A stretch of DNA of 63,993 nt, the filler included, from Piptocephalis cylindrospora (Eukaryota): NCBI GenBank assembly GCA_003614145.1. It is 3 parts of 3 records of this genome, joined end to end, with 100 filler letters (N's around TTAATTAATTAA, not from the genome) between each part and the next. Parts side by side here need not be neighbours in the genome. Positions count along the whole stretch, not along the records: positions 1 to 24,385 come from KZ987786.1; positions 24,486 to 48,735 come from KZ987787.1; 1 more part is not named here. One strand, given 5' to 3'. Shown here piece by piece: positions 23,111 to 37,000 of this stretch (the first letter of the stretch is position 1; every line of letters starts with the position of its first letter). Both the position numbers and the translations under genes were made by a program. The notes beneath the pieces were generated by a model. That model did not search any database. It was not told where the DNA came from and was given only the letters and a program-made list of their open reading frames with translations.

Positions 23111-23611
23111 GCTTTTGGAAAGATAGAGCTATTTGGGTTGGGTGAGTTGGAGATGATTTAGAAATAGGCGAAATGATTGAGGAAAGGGAAGGGATCAGTA
23201 GTCTTGATGTCCTGCACAGTGAGACTACCACCATCCTTTTATACCAATTATCCCCCGTTCATCCCAACCTTGGGGTCAAATCCATACCCACACTCGCACG
23301 TACATATGAGAAGAGTGATGTCTCTAGTCCAATCCGGCGGAGTTTCAATAGTGTGTGCCTTGAGAGAGATGGCAGAGACAATGGTCGCCCAGCCCCACTT
23401 TTCAAAGGCAGTTGTCCCATTTAGTTTTGCTGTGTGGTTCCTTGCCTCTCCTATTCATGCTGACAGCCTTGCCTCTTTCTCCCACCCCGTCCCAGCTCAT
23501 CTCTCTTACTTTAGCCATCCTTCTTGCCTCCCCCTCTCACCTCCTCCTTCTTGGTTTCGACTGGATACCCTCTTCCTAAACCTCTCAAACATCATAGGTC
23601 TCCTCGTCACC

Positions 23612-24385
23612 ATGATACCCGTAGCCCTCTTGACCTTGGCCACGTTACATCTCGTGGTTGCCTCGGACACCTCTGGGGCCCTGCGTGGGGTCTCACTGGA
23701 AGCTGCGTCAATGTACGCCCCGGATGAACAGGGACTCTGGAAGTGTCTGGATGGGTCAAAGACTCTCAAGTGGGACCGTGTCAATGACAATTACTGCGAT
23801 TGTGCGGATGGGTCCGATGAGCCAGGTGAGCCATTGTCTAGGGTTTGAATGGGGATGGCTGGGTGAAGCTGAACCGTGGTACTCAATGAGATGTATATCC
23901 TACATGAACACGGGATAGGAACGGCTGCTTGTCCCAATTCCACTTTTTACTGCGTCAATTCTGGGCACAACCCGACGACCATTCCGGCTTGGAAGGTGGA
24001 TGATGGATTGTGTGGTAAGTGGAAATGGGCTATTCGTCTCTTCCTCTGTCCCTAGAAGGATGCCGAACTCAAGTCTCTTTTCTTGTACGCACATAGAACC
24101 CGAGTGTTGTGATGGGAGTGATGAGGCGGATGGGACCTGTCCCAACCAATGTGCCGAGGCGCATGTGGCGTTCCTGGAGCATCAAGCTGCAACCCGACGG
24201 ATCCTGCAGGCCGGGGTTCAACAGCGAGAGAAGTACCTTGAATACGGCCGTGGGTCCAAGGAGAGGTGGGAGAAGGAGGTGAAGGAGGCGGAGGCGGAGT
24301 TGGAGAGGTTAACGAGCCGGGTGGATGAGTTTGAGGAGCTGAGCAGGCGAATTTCAGCAGCCGAGAAGGATAGTCAAGGCCAGCT
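23612..24385 (+). CDS. GTB1: Glucosidase II beta subunit (PRKCSH); truncated at contig end
   Basis: Signal peptide MIPVALLTLATLHLVVA, LRGV, CLDGSK..VNDNYCDCADGSDEPG/TAAC..FYCVNSGH..VDDGLC/EPECCDGSDE, then a coiled coil running into the N linker. Confidence 0.92.
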
Positions 24386-24485
24386 NNNNNNNNNNNNNNN
24401 NNNNNNNNNNNNNNNNNNNNNNNNNNNNNTTAATTAATTAANNNNNNNNNNNNNNNNNNNNNNNNNNNNNNNNNNNNNNNNNNNN
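24386..24485. other. Artificial contig linker (N44-TTAATTAATTAA-N44)
   Basis: 100-nt spacer with a palindromic six-frame stop cassette. Genes on both sides are truncated. Confidence 0.97.
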
Positions 24486-27155
24486 CTTTCATTGTCTCCA
24501 GAACCAGGAACAAAGGTGGACATATACTCCTTGGCGCGGAGGCAGACTTCGGGAGGATTTGCTGTTGTATGGTTTGCGTTAAATACCATAACTGAGGATA
24601 CCGTGGCTATGAAGTTTTATCGGCACAAGGCTCTCTTTGATGCTGAGGTGAATAATTTACGCCGCATTAAGAAGGCAAATGGAGGAGAGCACAGAGTAAG
24701 TGGAATGGGAGGGAACCTGTGTATAGCATAACTGGAGAGATATTTACTTTTAGATAAATGGTGCATCCCTCAATCGATTAGGCCATCGTATCGTTTAAGA
24801 ATTATATGACGGCGGAGGATGAGACTAGGACAGGTGGTTGGGATACTGTTGTCTATGAGCCAGGGGAATCCACGCTCTTTGAATATTCCCGGCAAAGGCG
24901 TCCATTACCTTCTGATGAGGTTCAAGAGATCATCAAAGTAGGCTTCCCTTACTCTGTTGTCATATGAGGGTAGGATGATACGTTTCACTCACTGTCCAGT
25001 ATTTTGCCTTATTCTGAGAATGCAGGATGTGGCAAGCGGTCTTGTAGTTATCAAAAAGGCTGGATTGATACATGGTGAGTTAAATTCCCGAAAGATCATG
25101 CTCTTTATAGATCATGCTCATGGGACAAGGGTATGGAAAATTACCGGATTTGAGATGGCTAGAGAGTAAGTGGGAAGGAATTGTATTTAGTGAAGAGATG
25201 TCTGAAAAGCAGTAGCCCCCGAGAAAAGAACTGGTGGAGGATGCTTAACTGCCAACAAACACCCTCTCCTTTCTTTCCTAGGCCGGAAGGGAAATTTAGG
25301 AAGCTGGAAACCCGCACAATGCCTCCTGAATTGGCCATAATAGCCGCCAGAGGCGGGGAAAGGGGCGGGTCTTACCCTGTGGATGTATATTCCTTGGGTC
25401 GAATGATCTACTGGCTTGTTGATAACGGCTCGTTATGGCGTTCCATTGATTTGGGGAGCGATACACAGCTTTCCTGGCTAATGGATGCCACCAAAGAGTT
25501 CCCCGTATCTTCTAAAATTCAGCCCAAGGATCTTAGGTTACTCATTACTGATATGATAAAGAAAAGGGCGGATGATCGACCGACGATCGAAGAGGTTACC
25601 GAGAGAGCAGGAAGAGGGAAGTGGAAGGGGGTTTCTGCTTCCAAGGTCAAGCGAGCAAAATCACCCATCCCTCGCCCCAGCCCTTCTATCTGCCGGATGA
25701 ATGATGATGAGTTTGATGCAATAGTAAATGGTGAGTTGTATTGGGTGTCTTATTTTTCCCTTTTTGCTTTAGTAACTCACCCATTATTTTTAATTCTTAT
25801 TGGTATACAGAGAGCGCACCAGATCTCATGGTGGATGATTACCAAATGGACCAAGAATGCTTCCGTGGAGGGATGAGTCTAATCCGGCCGGCGACCCATA
25901 TACTGACTAATACCAACGTGGTCCTCAAGTTTTATCGGGATAAACGGGCCTTTTCCCGGGAGCAAGAGGCTCTCAAGGAGATTAAGCATGTGGTAAGTGT
26001 AATTTTCCTCTTGTCTTTTATCCTCGATATCAATCGAGCATTTTTGTATCCTTTCATCAATCAAAGCACACTCATAAATTCTAACCATCTAATTTCTCGG
26101 CATGACAATACACCGGAATACCATTCATCATAGAATATCATATCTCTTTTAGATTATTTTGAGCCCGAGGAGCTGGACCCCCCCAATCCCCAACCAATTA
26201 TGGTTTTGGAACGGGGTCAGGTAACTCTTCGTCAGTATTATGAGGAAAATACTTCACGGGATATCATAAAGGCTAAAGGGATATTTAAGGTAAGTTGCCG
26301 TTAAATGGTTGATAGGAAAATAGGTCAAATGAGAATATTCCTAAATATAGCAATCCTTTAGACCATGTTGAGTGCAATCAAGGTGGTTCATGAGGCCCAA
26401 TTCGGTAAGGCATTGGAGCTCGCTTGCTATCCAGTATCTAGATCTTTTGTACGTTCTCACTCACCTTACCTATGTCATTAGTGCATTGTGATATTAAACC
26501 GGAAAATTTTATGCTCTTTGGTTCATCGGCAACTCGGGAGGGGACGTGGAAGCTTATTGATTTTGACTCGGCTTGCAAGTATGCTCTCTCCTTCTCTCTC
26601 TAAATTAACAGAAGTTTCATTTTACTCTAACGATAATGCCATCTCCTATTTCACTTAACGTAGGATTGGAGAAGAAGTTTTGCGAGGCACGGTGGCATTC
26701 TGTGCTCCAGAAGTGATTGGTGCGAGTGTTCGAGGTGAAAAGGTGGATGCTACGCCCTCCATGGATGTTTTTTCTCTGGGTCAGCTCCTCTACTGGATGA
26801 CCCACGTTGAGCCCATCTGGGGGAACTGCATCACCGAGGAGCAGATGACCTCTCGTCTCCTGGACACTGAAGCTCTTATCCTTTCTGTGCAGCATGCTCA
26901 GAATCGTCCTACTACCAATTACGTTCGTCGGCTACTCTCTAAGGATCCTTCCTTCCGTCCAACCTTAAGGGAAATGACAGTAAGTTGCGTCGTGGGTAAT
27001 TTGAGGGAGAGCTCTATAAGGTAGACGATCACTTGGTTCTCCATTTTCTTATGTAAACCTTTTCCTAGGAATCTTCCTATCTGACTGGCCATTTGGATAC
27101 AGTGTACCTTGATTCTCTACGAGGAAGAATCATTCAAGGATCCAATTCACCATAA
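24486..27155 (+). CDS. Tandem kinase-domain protein (N-terminal pseudokinase + C-terminal non-RD Ser/Thr kinase); about 10 exons, 5' end truncated
   Basis: Domain 1: GGFAVVW, VAMKFY, IHGELNSRKI, WKITGFE, MPPE, DVYSLG, RPT. Domain 2: VVLKFY, VHCDIKPENFML, WKLIDFD, GTVAFCAPE, DVFSLG, DPSFRPT. Stop TAA at 27153-27155. Confidence 0.82.
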
Positions 27156-27915
27156 AGAGATGCTTCAATGGCGGAAGAGAGTTCCTTTCATGTGGGCTTA
27201 CTTTCATAAAGGTTGGACCGCCAGAATGTAATGAAGATGCGAAATTCGCATTTTTCAGAGACTGAGACTCGGAGTGACATGCATGGTGATGACGATGACA
27301 ATGATGATAATGGTAATGATGAAGCCTTACTCTGGGCTGGATCAATTAACTGCATAACGTATATTCTGCTCGTGATACATCGTTGATATTTCGCGTTTTT
27401 ATATATATAGATTTACAGCCCTGACTTGAAGAACAAAGAACAATTCCCTACTTTTGTCATGTCTTGGCGTTTGCTTGGCTTATTCTTCATCTGGGTAAGG
27501 TGCTTTTTTCGACGACTCGGGGAATTTACTCATGACTTGAAGACTATACTCACAAACATCCATAGCATAGGGTAACCCGTTGGGAATTCTGTTCCTAGTA
27601 TCATTCAGGTCGGTCTGATTACAGGTAGTCAATGTGTTCGGATGCCCTACAGCCAGCCCCACACAGGTTAATAAAATCTGGTTTTATCACCATACTCACA
27701 AACGCCCACACTGGTACAATGGTAGACTCACTCCACAGCTCTTAGGCACCCGTCACTCAAGTAATAAGAGGCATGGAGTGCTTGGAGCGGACATCCACAG
27801 TGTTGATGCTTGCACCTCTGCCCTTCACACTTTCCTTCTTCCACGCTCCCAAACTCCATTCTTTGTTACCTTAGCAGACTGATCTTTTTTGGTTTTTCCC
27901 TCTCCTCTTTTCAGT

Positions 27916-30284
27916 ATGTCTGGCTCATTGCCCAACAACCCGGGAGAAAAGCCTAATCCGGGCTCCACTCAACCTCCTCAAAGACCCGATGTCGGCCACA
28001 AGGATATTTACACGGTAGGTGCTCCCTGGTCCGAGAGACACGTTCCTTTAGGAGGAAGGGAGTTACAGTGGTCTCATCGATACATTACTCCTGATATAGC
28101 ATGGTGTGGGCGGTCCTGAGGGGGGTGAGGGTGAGTTTTCTGGATCCCCGGACCACAAGCGACGAAGGAAGAAACGAGCGAATAAGCCCAAGCGACATGG
28201 TCAACATCCTCATCTGCCACCTCACTCTACTCCGGGAGGGGCTATGGGCTATAGCGTCCACGGAGGGCGCGGTGGGATGGCGCCCAGACCCCCTCCTAAC
28301 CTCTTTGCCCCGGTCGACCCCTTGGGCCTGGATAGCTCTGTTATGTCTAACGCGGATTTTTTTTTCAAGCAGGGCTCCTCGAGTACCACAACAGCCACAA
28401 CAGGGCCTCCAAACAGACCGTCTCCCATCTCTGGTAAGATTCTTGAGCATGAGAGATGTCTTGCTATTGTTGCTCATTGAGAGTGATGGGAGGAATGCCA
28501 GGCTTCTTACCCTTGAGTCCACTTTCCACCCCTATGGGTTATCTCCTTTACTCACTATCTTTTCTTTTTTTTGGCGTCCATAAAGCTCCCCACGCTGGAA
28601 ATGTACAAGCTGAATTTACCGGTTGGGGATCAATGGGTTCCTCCAATGGCATGCAAAGGCCATCGGGAGCCTGGGGTGGAATCGCCTCCCCTACGACCAT
28701 GAGCGTGCCGCCCTTACCCTTTCGTCAGCCCCCTAACACGCATGAGCGTAGAAGTTCCCATCAGCACTCATCTTTCGGTACGTGTTTCTCCTTTTGCCTT
28801 TCTTTCGGAAGGCACTATTGGTCTTGCTCTTTTCAATGACCATATTCTCAACTCGGCATCCCACACTTCACTCTCTTAGCCCCCAATGAAACTGAGGGTT
28901 GGCCTCTTTGTGTCAGACCCCCTAGGTATCCAGAGAGCTCGTCCGTCACCTTGCCCTTCCTTGGCGCCCTGACTAGCTTGCCCGACGTGAGTATCCCTCC
29001 TCCTAATGAAAATTTTATTATCGAAGGTTTTGCCGGACGTGCAGTGAGTAAATTTTTGGATCAGATCTTTGCTACTTCCAAGTTCAAGGTCGGTTTGGGA
29101 GGGCTTATTGGACATTGGGACATGGTAAATGAAGTGGATTGGCTGGATGATATGGTTGGACTTCTGAGGGTAAGTAGGAGGGATGGGTTCTGTGGGAGGA
29201 GGTAAAAGGTGCATGAATCACTTACTGTTCAAGTATTTGGGCTCTTTGCGTCTCTAGGTGGCGTACTTTCCTATCAAAGTCAAGGAGAGCAATCCTTCTT
29301 CCTCTCCCTGGTATCTCTACTTGCGGGCAGCGCGTGATCGAAGGTATTCCTTTCTCTTCTCCTTTTCTCTCTTTTATTTCTAATCTTATTTCCCACGCGC
29401 TCTCCTCATCCCTTCTTAGTGCAATCTTTGGCTATCTTCTAAATGCCCATGCCCTGAGATCGGAGCTTCTTCAAACAGCAAGTTACATGGTTCACAATCG
29501 GAAATTACCCTTGGTCCTAGACTTGGACGATACTTTAGTGCGTCTGGTGTCTAATGATACAGCCGGATCCAACAAGTATATCCCTGTAGCTATCGCCGAA
29601 AAGTACGCTCAGGACCGCATTCGAATGTTGCCAGATGGCCGACGTATTGTTGTGGCCCCCGGGGTGGATGCCTTTCTGGATTGGGCAAAGATCAAGTTTG
29701 AGATGTCTGTCTGTTCCGTTGGAGATAGTACATATGTGCAAGACGTATGTGGTGTGTTAGATGCGAGATGTAACCGCCTGTCAAACATCCGGCACTCTGC
29801 TCGCGCTGAGCATCACTATCTCGATCGGAAGCTCCGTAATCTCCGCAACCAAAACCGCCCCAGCCTCACACGGGATGGCCTACCCCCACCGCCAAAGCAT
29901 CTAGGAACATTGTATCCTTTTGTGCATATGCCTGCTTGCGGCCCCAAGAGCACAGCGGGACATTGGTATGGTCTTCCCCTGATTATGGATGATCAGACGC
30001 GTAGTTGGCCCCCAGATCAACATGACAATATTGTCGTCGTTGAGGAGAGAGACTTTGTGGAGCAAATCCCTTTCAATATGGATCTCCAGGTGGTTCGTGG
30101 GATCCTAGAGGAGCTACACACAGAATGGTTTGCCTCTTGGGACGCCCTTGTTCCTCAGATGTCTTTGGGAAATACCTCAGATCCCGGAGAATATCTTCTT
30201 TCCCTCCCCTCCCCTCGAGATCTGTACCTACGATTGTGTCAATCGTATGTCGAGAAGCGTATTGCTCACACTGGGCCAGCCTGA
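27916..30284 (+). CDS. FCP1/NIF-like HAD-superfamily CTD phosphatase-like protein; multi-exon
   Basis: RKLPLVLDLDDTLV (DxDxT), PGVDAFLDWA..FEMSVCSVGDSTYV and LIMDDQTRSW. The 5' exons are Pro/Gly-rich and low-complexity, so the 5' exon structure is approximate. Confidence 0.72.
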
Positions 30285-31031
30285 GGGAAAGGATGCTCTT
30301 CGCCCTTCTTCCTATCTCCCTTTCCTTGTGAGATAGGTCTGTGTCGTATTTTTATCGGGAGGAAGAATGAATGGCGGGGCGAGATTTCCGTAATGAACTA
30401 TTGCTGACTACTTCTACCGTTTGACTATTACTTGCGACTTTAGCGTTTTTGTCATTTTTGTTCAGTTTAGGCGTGTGGGTCTTTATGCGATTCATCGGAG
30501 ATTTTTGCCAATCATCCTGTAGAATGGTGACTCCTCAAGGTGGAGGGTATACCCTGGGGGCTGGGGGAGGAGGAGGTTTTCCCGCACATTCCCCTTCTCC
30601 CCCTATTGTCCTATTGTTCTACTGCTCCTCGACCCAGCACCGCCATCTAACCTGCGCTTTCTAAATCTTCCAGAGTATGAGTGCGCATGGCATCCCTTGC
30701 TTGCTAGAAGCGCTCAGCCCACCCCACCCCAATTCACTCGCTGGTGTGGCCAGGCTCGGAAGGGTATGGAAAGATATAATGGTAATCATCATCTGTGCAA
30801 CTTTTGGAATCGTTAGTCGTCGCGACCTGACCCACACTCATCCTTCTTTCTTAACAACATATCCTTTCCATCACTCTCCTTTCTTTCCTCTTCTAGTCCT
30901 GATCCATACGGATCTTATTCTGTCTTTCTGAGGTTTCTCGTACTGGTACACACCAATTCCTCCTTGGCCCTTGTGTCTTCCTCTCCCATCACACCCGCTC
31001 TCCCTCTCTCTTCCTCCCCGAAGGATAGCAC

Positions 31032-34000
31032 ATGGCACCGATGGGCCAAGGACGTCCTTCCTCGGGTGTAGGAGGATCCCCTGGCCATCCGGCCTCATCT
31101 CCCTCTCAATCTACTGGGGCCACACCCTCTTCTCATTCCTCCTCCTCTACGTCCTCTTCCTCTTTACCAGCAACTTGTGAGATTTACGCGACGCGTCTCC
31201 TGGATTCTTCTGTTGGTAAGGCTCTCTTCCCTTTTTACTTATCTCTCTATCAATTAATGAATATTGGTCATCCCTATGGCTTCGGCTAGATGTATCTCTG
31301 AAATGCATGATCGCTCAGGAGCTTCGTGATCGGATGGACCTCTTTGAGAGAACCCATGCTGGTCAGAATCTATCCCGAATTCTCCCTGTTCTTGAACAGC
31401 TTCTCCTGGTTGATCTGCCCAACCCAATCCAGGCCAATGGAGCACGAGCTAGCCCGGGTCCGGCTCAGCGATTGCGCCTCCTACTTTATGACCTAATCAC
31501 CCGAATCCCCCATACGGAGGCGTATGGAGATCTGTCTGAGCGCATGACCAAACTTCTCATTCAATGCTTACGCAAGGAAGAGGAGGATACGGCTTTGGTA
31601 CTCCTGAGATGCATAATTGATCTCCACCGATCCTACCGTCCTTTGCTGGAGGGGACCGTTGGTGAGTTCCTGGATTTCATCAAGGATCTCTATCGTGGGG
31701 TGGCGGGTGCAATAACTGAAGCCTGTGATCGAGCAAGGGCAATGGATCAGGCTGCGCCCGCTGCTCATACCCCTGGGAGTACTCCAGCCATCCCGGCCAC
31801 CGCTCCAGCCAGCCTGAATGTCTCCACCCCTGGACCCTTCTCCCCCGTGGCTGATATCCCGACTGGGGGCTCGATTGGCCCTGCACCCTCCCCCTCCGCC
31901 TCGAGCGGTATTTCCTCCTCCTCCCCCACAGTATCGCCTGTTCCAGCCACCCGAAGCTTTCGTGTCCTCATGGAGTGTCCAATCATTGTGGTTATGCTCT
32001 TTCAAAGCCATCCCTCCCTGGCAACAAAGCAGATTGGCGAGTTTGTACCGTTGATCCTGCAGCTTCTCACCGCTCCATTTCCCCATCCTCTGTCACTCTA
32101 TGAGCCAAATGGGCCCATGCCCTCCTCCCTTCCACCATTGGCCTCCCTCATAGATTCTGGGAAGGCTGGAGAGACGGATACTACCGAGCCTTCCTCAGGG
32201 GTAAACTTGGTTTCTTTAGGGCCACGTACCCGGGGCGTCTTTCGAGATATTGTCACTGCCCAGGTCAAGACTATGTCCTTTCTCGCTTATACCCTGCGAA
32301 ATTTCTCTGACCTGACCGCAACCCACCAACACTCTATTCCCGGGTGGGTGGTCCTCCTCCTGCGTCGCGTTCCCCCTGAAGCCTCCTCGACCAGGAAAGA
32401 ACTTCTTGTTGCTGCCCGGCACATTCTATCCACTGAATATCGCATGCTTTTTACACGTCAGATCGACGCCCTCCTCCATGATCGGGTCCTCCTTGGGTGT
32501 GGATACACATCTCATGAGAATTTAAGGTGCGTACTAGGGTTTATCGCTTGTCAAGAAGGGTTACTAAATTTATTCGTACCTTTTCCCTACTCCTACTCAA
32601 ATTGTTCTTCTCAATAGGCCTCTGGCATATAGTATGTTAGCTGATTTGGTACACCATGTCCGTCAGCACCTCACGCCTCAGCAACTTTCTCGATCCGTTC
32701 ACCTTTTCACCTGCAATATGCACGACGAAACCTTGCCTCATTCTATTCAAACCATGTGCTGCAAGCTTCTTCTGAATATCATCGATAGCCTACCTAATCT
32801 CTCTGATCGGGTCTTGGGTAAGTCTTGCTATTGGGCAAGAGTAGTATTTTGTTTTTTTAAAGGGTTACACCCGCTTACCTTGTCTCTCTTTTTCTCTTCT
32901 TTTGGGAACCTGATAACGTTATTGTAGGCCAAAGCCTAATGATGACCATCCTGATTGCCTTTAGGGATAAGCTTAGAATGCTCTCTCGATCCAGGAATCG
33001 AGTGGTCATGGATGATGCAGATGGAAAGGGACTTGGTCAGCAAGGGAAGGAGGAGGAAGGTACTCCCAGTATCGCCATTACCACTGGGCAGGTCACCCCC
33101 CACACCGTACGGGAGGCTCGATTCCTTTTTAGGAACCTCCTTGGTGGGATCAAGACCATTCTCCACACCCTGCGTCATCTTCCAGCCATGGCTGGATCTA
33201 GAGGAAGGGAGGGGAAGTGGAGAACTCAAGAAGATTCCGATATCCTCAAGGGCATCTTTGTGGACGGACTTTCCTGTTTCTACTACTATTATCATCCCCG
33301 ATTCTCCATGTCTGCGACTTCACCGGCCACCCCAGACCTTGGTAAGGCTTCCACCGCTCAAGTGTTGCCCTTATCCACATCCAGTTCCTCTTCTTCAGGT
33401 CCATCCAATTCCTCCTCTTCTTCCAGTCTTCCGACCCCTAGATTGGCTGAGGAGGAGGGCTTGGGTGTGGATACGGGATTGAGTTCGGCGGATGAGGCAG
33501 AGGGTAGAGAAGCTATCGAGGTCTTTGCTGGGATTTGGCTAGGGATGGATGGACCCATGTTGCAGGAGATTCTTCATCCCCCGGACAATATCTCCCTTGA
33601 TGGGGAAAAGGGTCCGATGGGCGCGCTTGTTCGTTCTATCGGGAATTACCCCTCATTGTTGGCCATCCCTCGTACCCTTCTTCTCATCCATACTCCCTAT
33701 CCCAATTCGCAAGCGGGATCTGACGCAGAGGGAATGGCCGCGCCCGGGCCCCATCCCGCTCATACTTCCTTTCCTGGGCGATCGCCCTTTGCTAGTATCC
33801 TTCTTCGATACCTACTCGTTCGTCTTGGGAGGCTTGGTCGACCAGGTGTTGAGGGTCGTCGACTCCTCGCCCTCTGGAATCTGATCTTCTCCTCCTACAA
33901 GGTCTATCCAGAGGCCAATGAGGCTCTTCTGCTTCCTCATGTTGGGTCCTTGATTGTAAGGTGTATGCGACTTGGAGGAGGAGAGGGAGATTGGGAAGAA

Positions 34001-37000
34001 GGTGTAGAGGAGGAAGGATATTTGGAATCCCAAGGCCCCTCGGCCTGGCTGAGCCATATCATGACCGAGCGTTCGGTGGCGAGCAATGACACTCTGAGGG
34101 ATGATGATGGGATGGAAGATAATCTGGAGGAATCCAAGACTCTGCCTACTTCCACTCAATCTTCTTCAGCGATCTCTTTGCCACGATCTGGCCAATCTCA
34201 GGAGGACGGAGGGATTCGATACTATCTTCTACTAAAGTCTCTGTTTAGGACCATTGGTAGCGGCCGATATGAGGCTCTATATCATGAAGTGGCCCCACTG
34301 ATGCACTTTATGCTTGAAGGATTTAATGATCTTCTCCTCCAAAGTACGCCTTCTTCCCCTTCTTCCACGGCCGACTTGGCTGAAATGACCGCGTGGGATG
34401 AAACGGGTAGACAATGGGTTTATGGCCGAAAAGAACGAGAAAGGGAAAGGACTCGTAGGGAGGTGTACGTAGAGCTGTGCTTGACCGTACCCGTCCGTCT
34501 TAATGGCCTACTCCCTTTCATTCAGTACTTGATCCGGCCCTTGACCTTAGCGCTAGGCTCCACACGAAATCCCGAGTTATCTGGTCAAGGGCTACGTACC
34601 TTGGAATTGTGCATTGATCATCTGACCCCCGTTTTCCTTGAGCCCATTCTTGCTCCCGTTGCCCCCAAGTTGATGAGGGCTTTGTGGCACCATCTTCGGC
34701 CTTTGGGCATCCCTGGATCTAAGGGAGAGACTGGCTCAGGTTTGGAGGGTCATGCTCTCTCTGCCCAAAGGATCTTGGGGAAACTGGGTGGGCGAAACCG
34801 AAGTATTCTGTATGAACCTGAGGGAGGTGAAGGAGGTGAGGAGACTGAAGAATGGGGAGAGGAAAAGGGAGATGGCTGGGGCAACCCTTCAGATTGGGAG
34901 GGTGTCTTTGGGATTTGGATTCCCAAGGGTTTGGGCCGCCGAGGTCCTTCTGATTCTGTGACGGGGGAAAGATCAACAGATGAAGCCTTTCTGGCGGAAA
35001 AACGCCCTGGAACCGAAGATCCTGACACTTCCCTCTCTGAAAAAGACCGTGCCATGGCCGGTGAGTGGATGGGAATGATGGAGCTATTAAAGGCTGCGGA
35101 GAGGATGATTCTTCAAGGCGATGGTGGAGCGCGAACTGATCCGGAAGGGGTTGAACGGGCCATTGAGGTGATAGGAGGAGTCCTGGAATGGTTAGTCAAA
35201 GAATCACGGGAAGAGGGAGGGGTGCTGGAGAGAGAGGAAGATGGAGGACGTGGTGAGGAGAGGGAAGGGCTCCGTGTCCTTCGCGAAACCCAACCTCAGA
35301 CCTTGGATGGGGAAGAAGCTGCCGGTGGGGACAAAGAAACCCTTCTTTGGGAGGAGCAGGATCGATGGAGGAGGTGTCGAATTCGATGGCTCATTGGCCG
35401 CCTGAGTAGCATCCTACTTGAAGGGATGTGGAAAGATGGGTATGGAAAGAGCCTCGGGGCGGATGGAGGAAGGGAGGGAGAGCGGATGAGGGCCAAAGCG
35501 CGGGGCTTCCTTTCCCGGTGCATCCAATGGCTGGCTACCTCTCCATTCACTACATTATCCTCTATTGGATCAGGACGGTGGAGGCAGAGGCTTCTTTTGG
35601 ATCTGCTGGAGGGAACACTTTCGGCTCCTTGCATGGCCATTCGCGCAGAAGGGGAGGCTTTTCTTCGAGAAGATGTCCTTGCCCAAGTCCCACTTTCCAC
35701 TGATAGCTGGGAGCTGTTGGTGGAGCGACTATGTTCCCAATGCTGGACAGCCGAGGTTGGAGGTTTAGGAAGAAGAGTGGCATCTGGTCCTGGAGGCCCT
35801 GTGTCTGCCCTAAGGGTCATCTTATCCGTGGTGAAAGCTCTTTCTGAGCAAGGTGATCTCTCGATCTCTTGGTTGAAGAGACGAGAGGAAGACTTGCTCC
35901 GATGCCTTCTTCAGTCTTGCAAGGAGAGAGCCAATGCTATTGTACAAGTGGAGGAGAGTGGTGAAGGAACACTAGTACTAGGACAAGGAGGGATGCGGGA
36001 AGAGGAGGGAAGGGGTGACGATAAAGGTGAAGGAGATCGAAATGAGCGTGAGGAGGGAGATGAGGAAGTGGGATGGGAGACGAAGGAGACGCTTCTTTTG
36101 CTTTTGCAAGTGTGTCATCCCCCTGTCCAACAGGAGAGTTCGGATCCTGAGAAGGAAGATATAGAAATGAAGGAGGCTGAGGGCCCTAGGGATGAGGGGT
36201 CAGAGCTGACTTCGGTAGTCAGTCTCCTAGTAAGCGAGTTAGCCTCTCCTCATGCCGCTGTGCGAGGACAGACTTTAAGGCTCCTTCGACTTCTTTCCCA
36301 TCGTCAAGAAAATCAAGGTACATCAGGGAAAAAAGGAATTGGAGCCTTAGTAGGCCCGGTTCGGGATGGCTTATTGCAGCCCATCTTCAACAAACCTCTT
36401 CGTGCTCTTCCACTACAGATGCAAATTGGATGTGTTAGCGCTGTAGCCGTATGTTTGGAGCTGGATGAGGCGGAAGAAAATGATCCTTCTACTGAGGAAT
36501 CTGGAGGATCTGGTAGTAAGTTTAAAGGTGAGTGACCCATAGTGCAAAGCGTCTGGTCTGGGTGGATGGGATGATTGATTTGGCCCCACTTTCTAACTCC
36601 GATCATCCTACCGTTCACGGGATTGTAGCTTCCAACATAGCATCCTCCTATCCTGTTTTCACTCCAGAGGAGGAGAAGGCCTTGTGTTTACCAGAGTGCT
36701 CAGATCAGGTACTGCGGCTTTTACATGAGACAGTCGCGTTGGCGGATGCTGAGGATAGAGCAATGGTGACTCGGTTACACTATCGTCATACTGGCCTCCT
36801 AATCCACCTAAGGGTAGCATGTTTAAGGATGCTGGGAGCGGCCATCCGAAGGAGGAATTTTGTAGGTCCTCGGCAGGCTGCAACTCGATCTCGGATCATT
36901 GCAGTGTGCTTCAAATCGCTCTATTCTCCAAATCGTACGGTAATGCTGGCTGCGGACCGAGCATTGCGTGGTATCCTCGGGAAGCAGCCCAAATTACCCA

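Noticed and set aside
24430..24441. TTAATTAATTAA palindrome as a biological element (e.g. piggyBac target site)
   Set aside because: Embedded symmetrically in N runs and repeated identically; it is an assembly linker.
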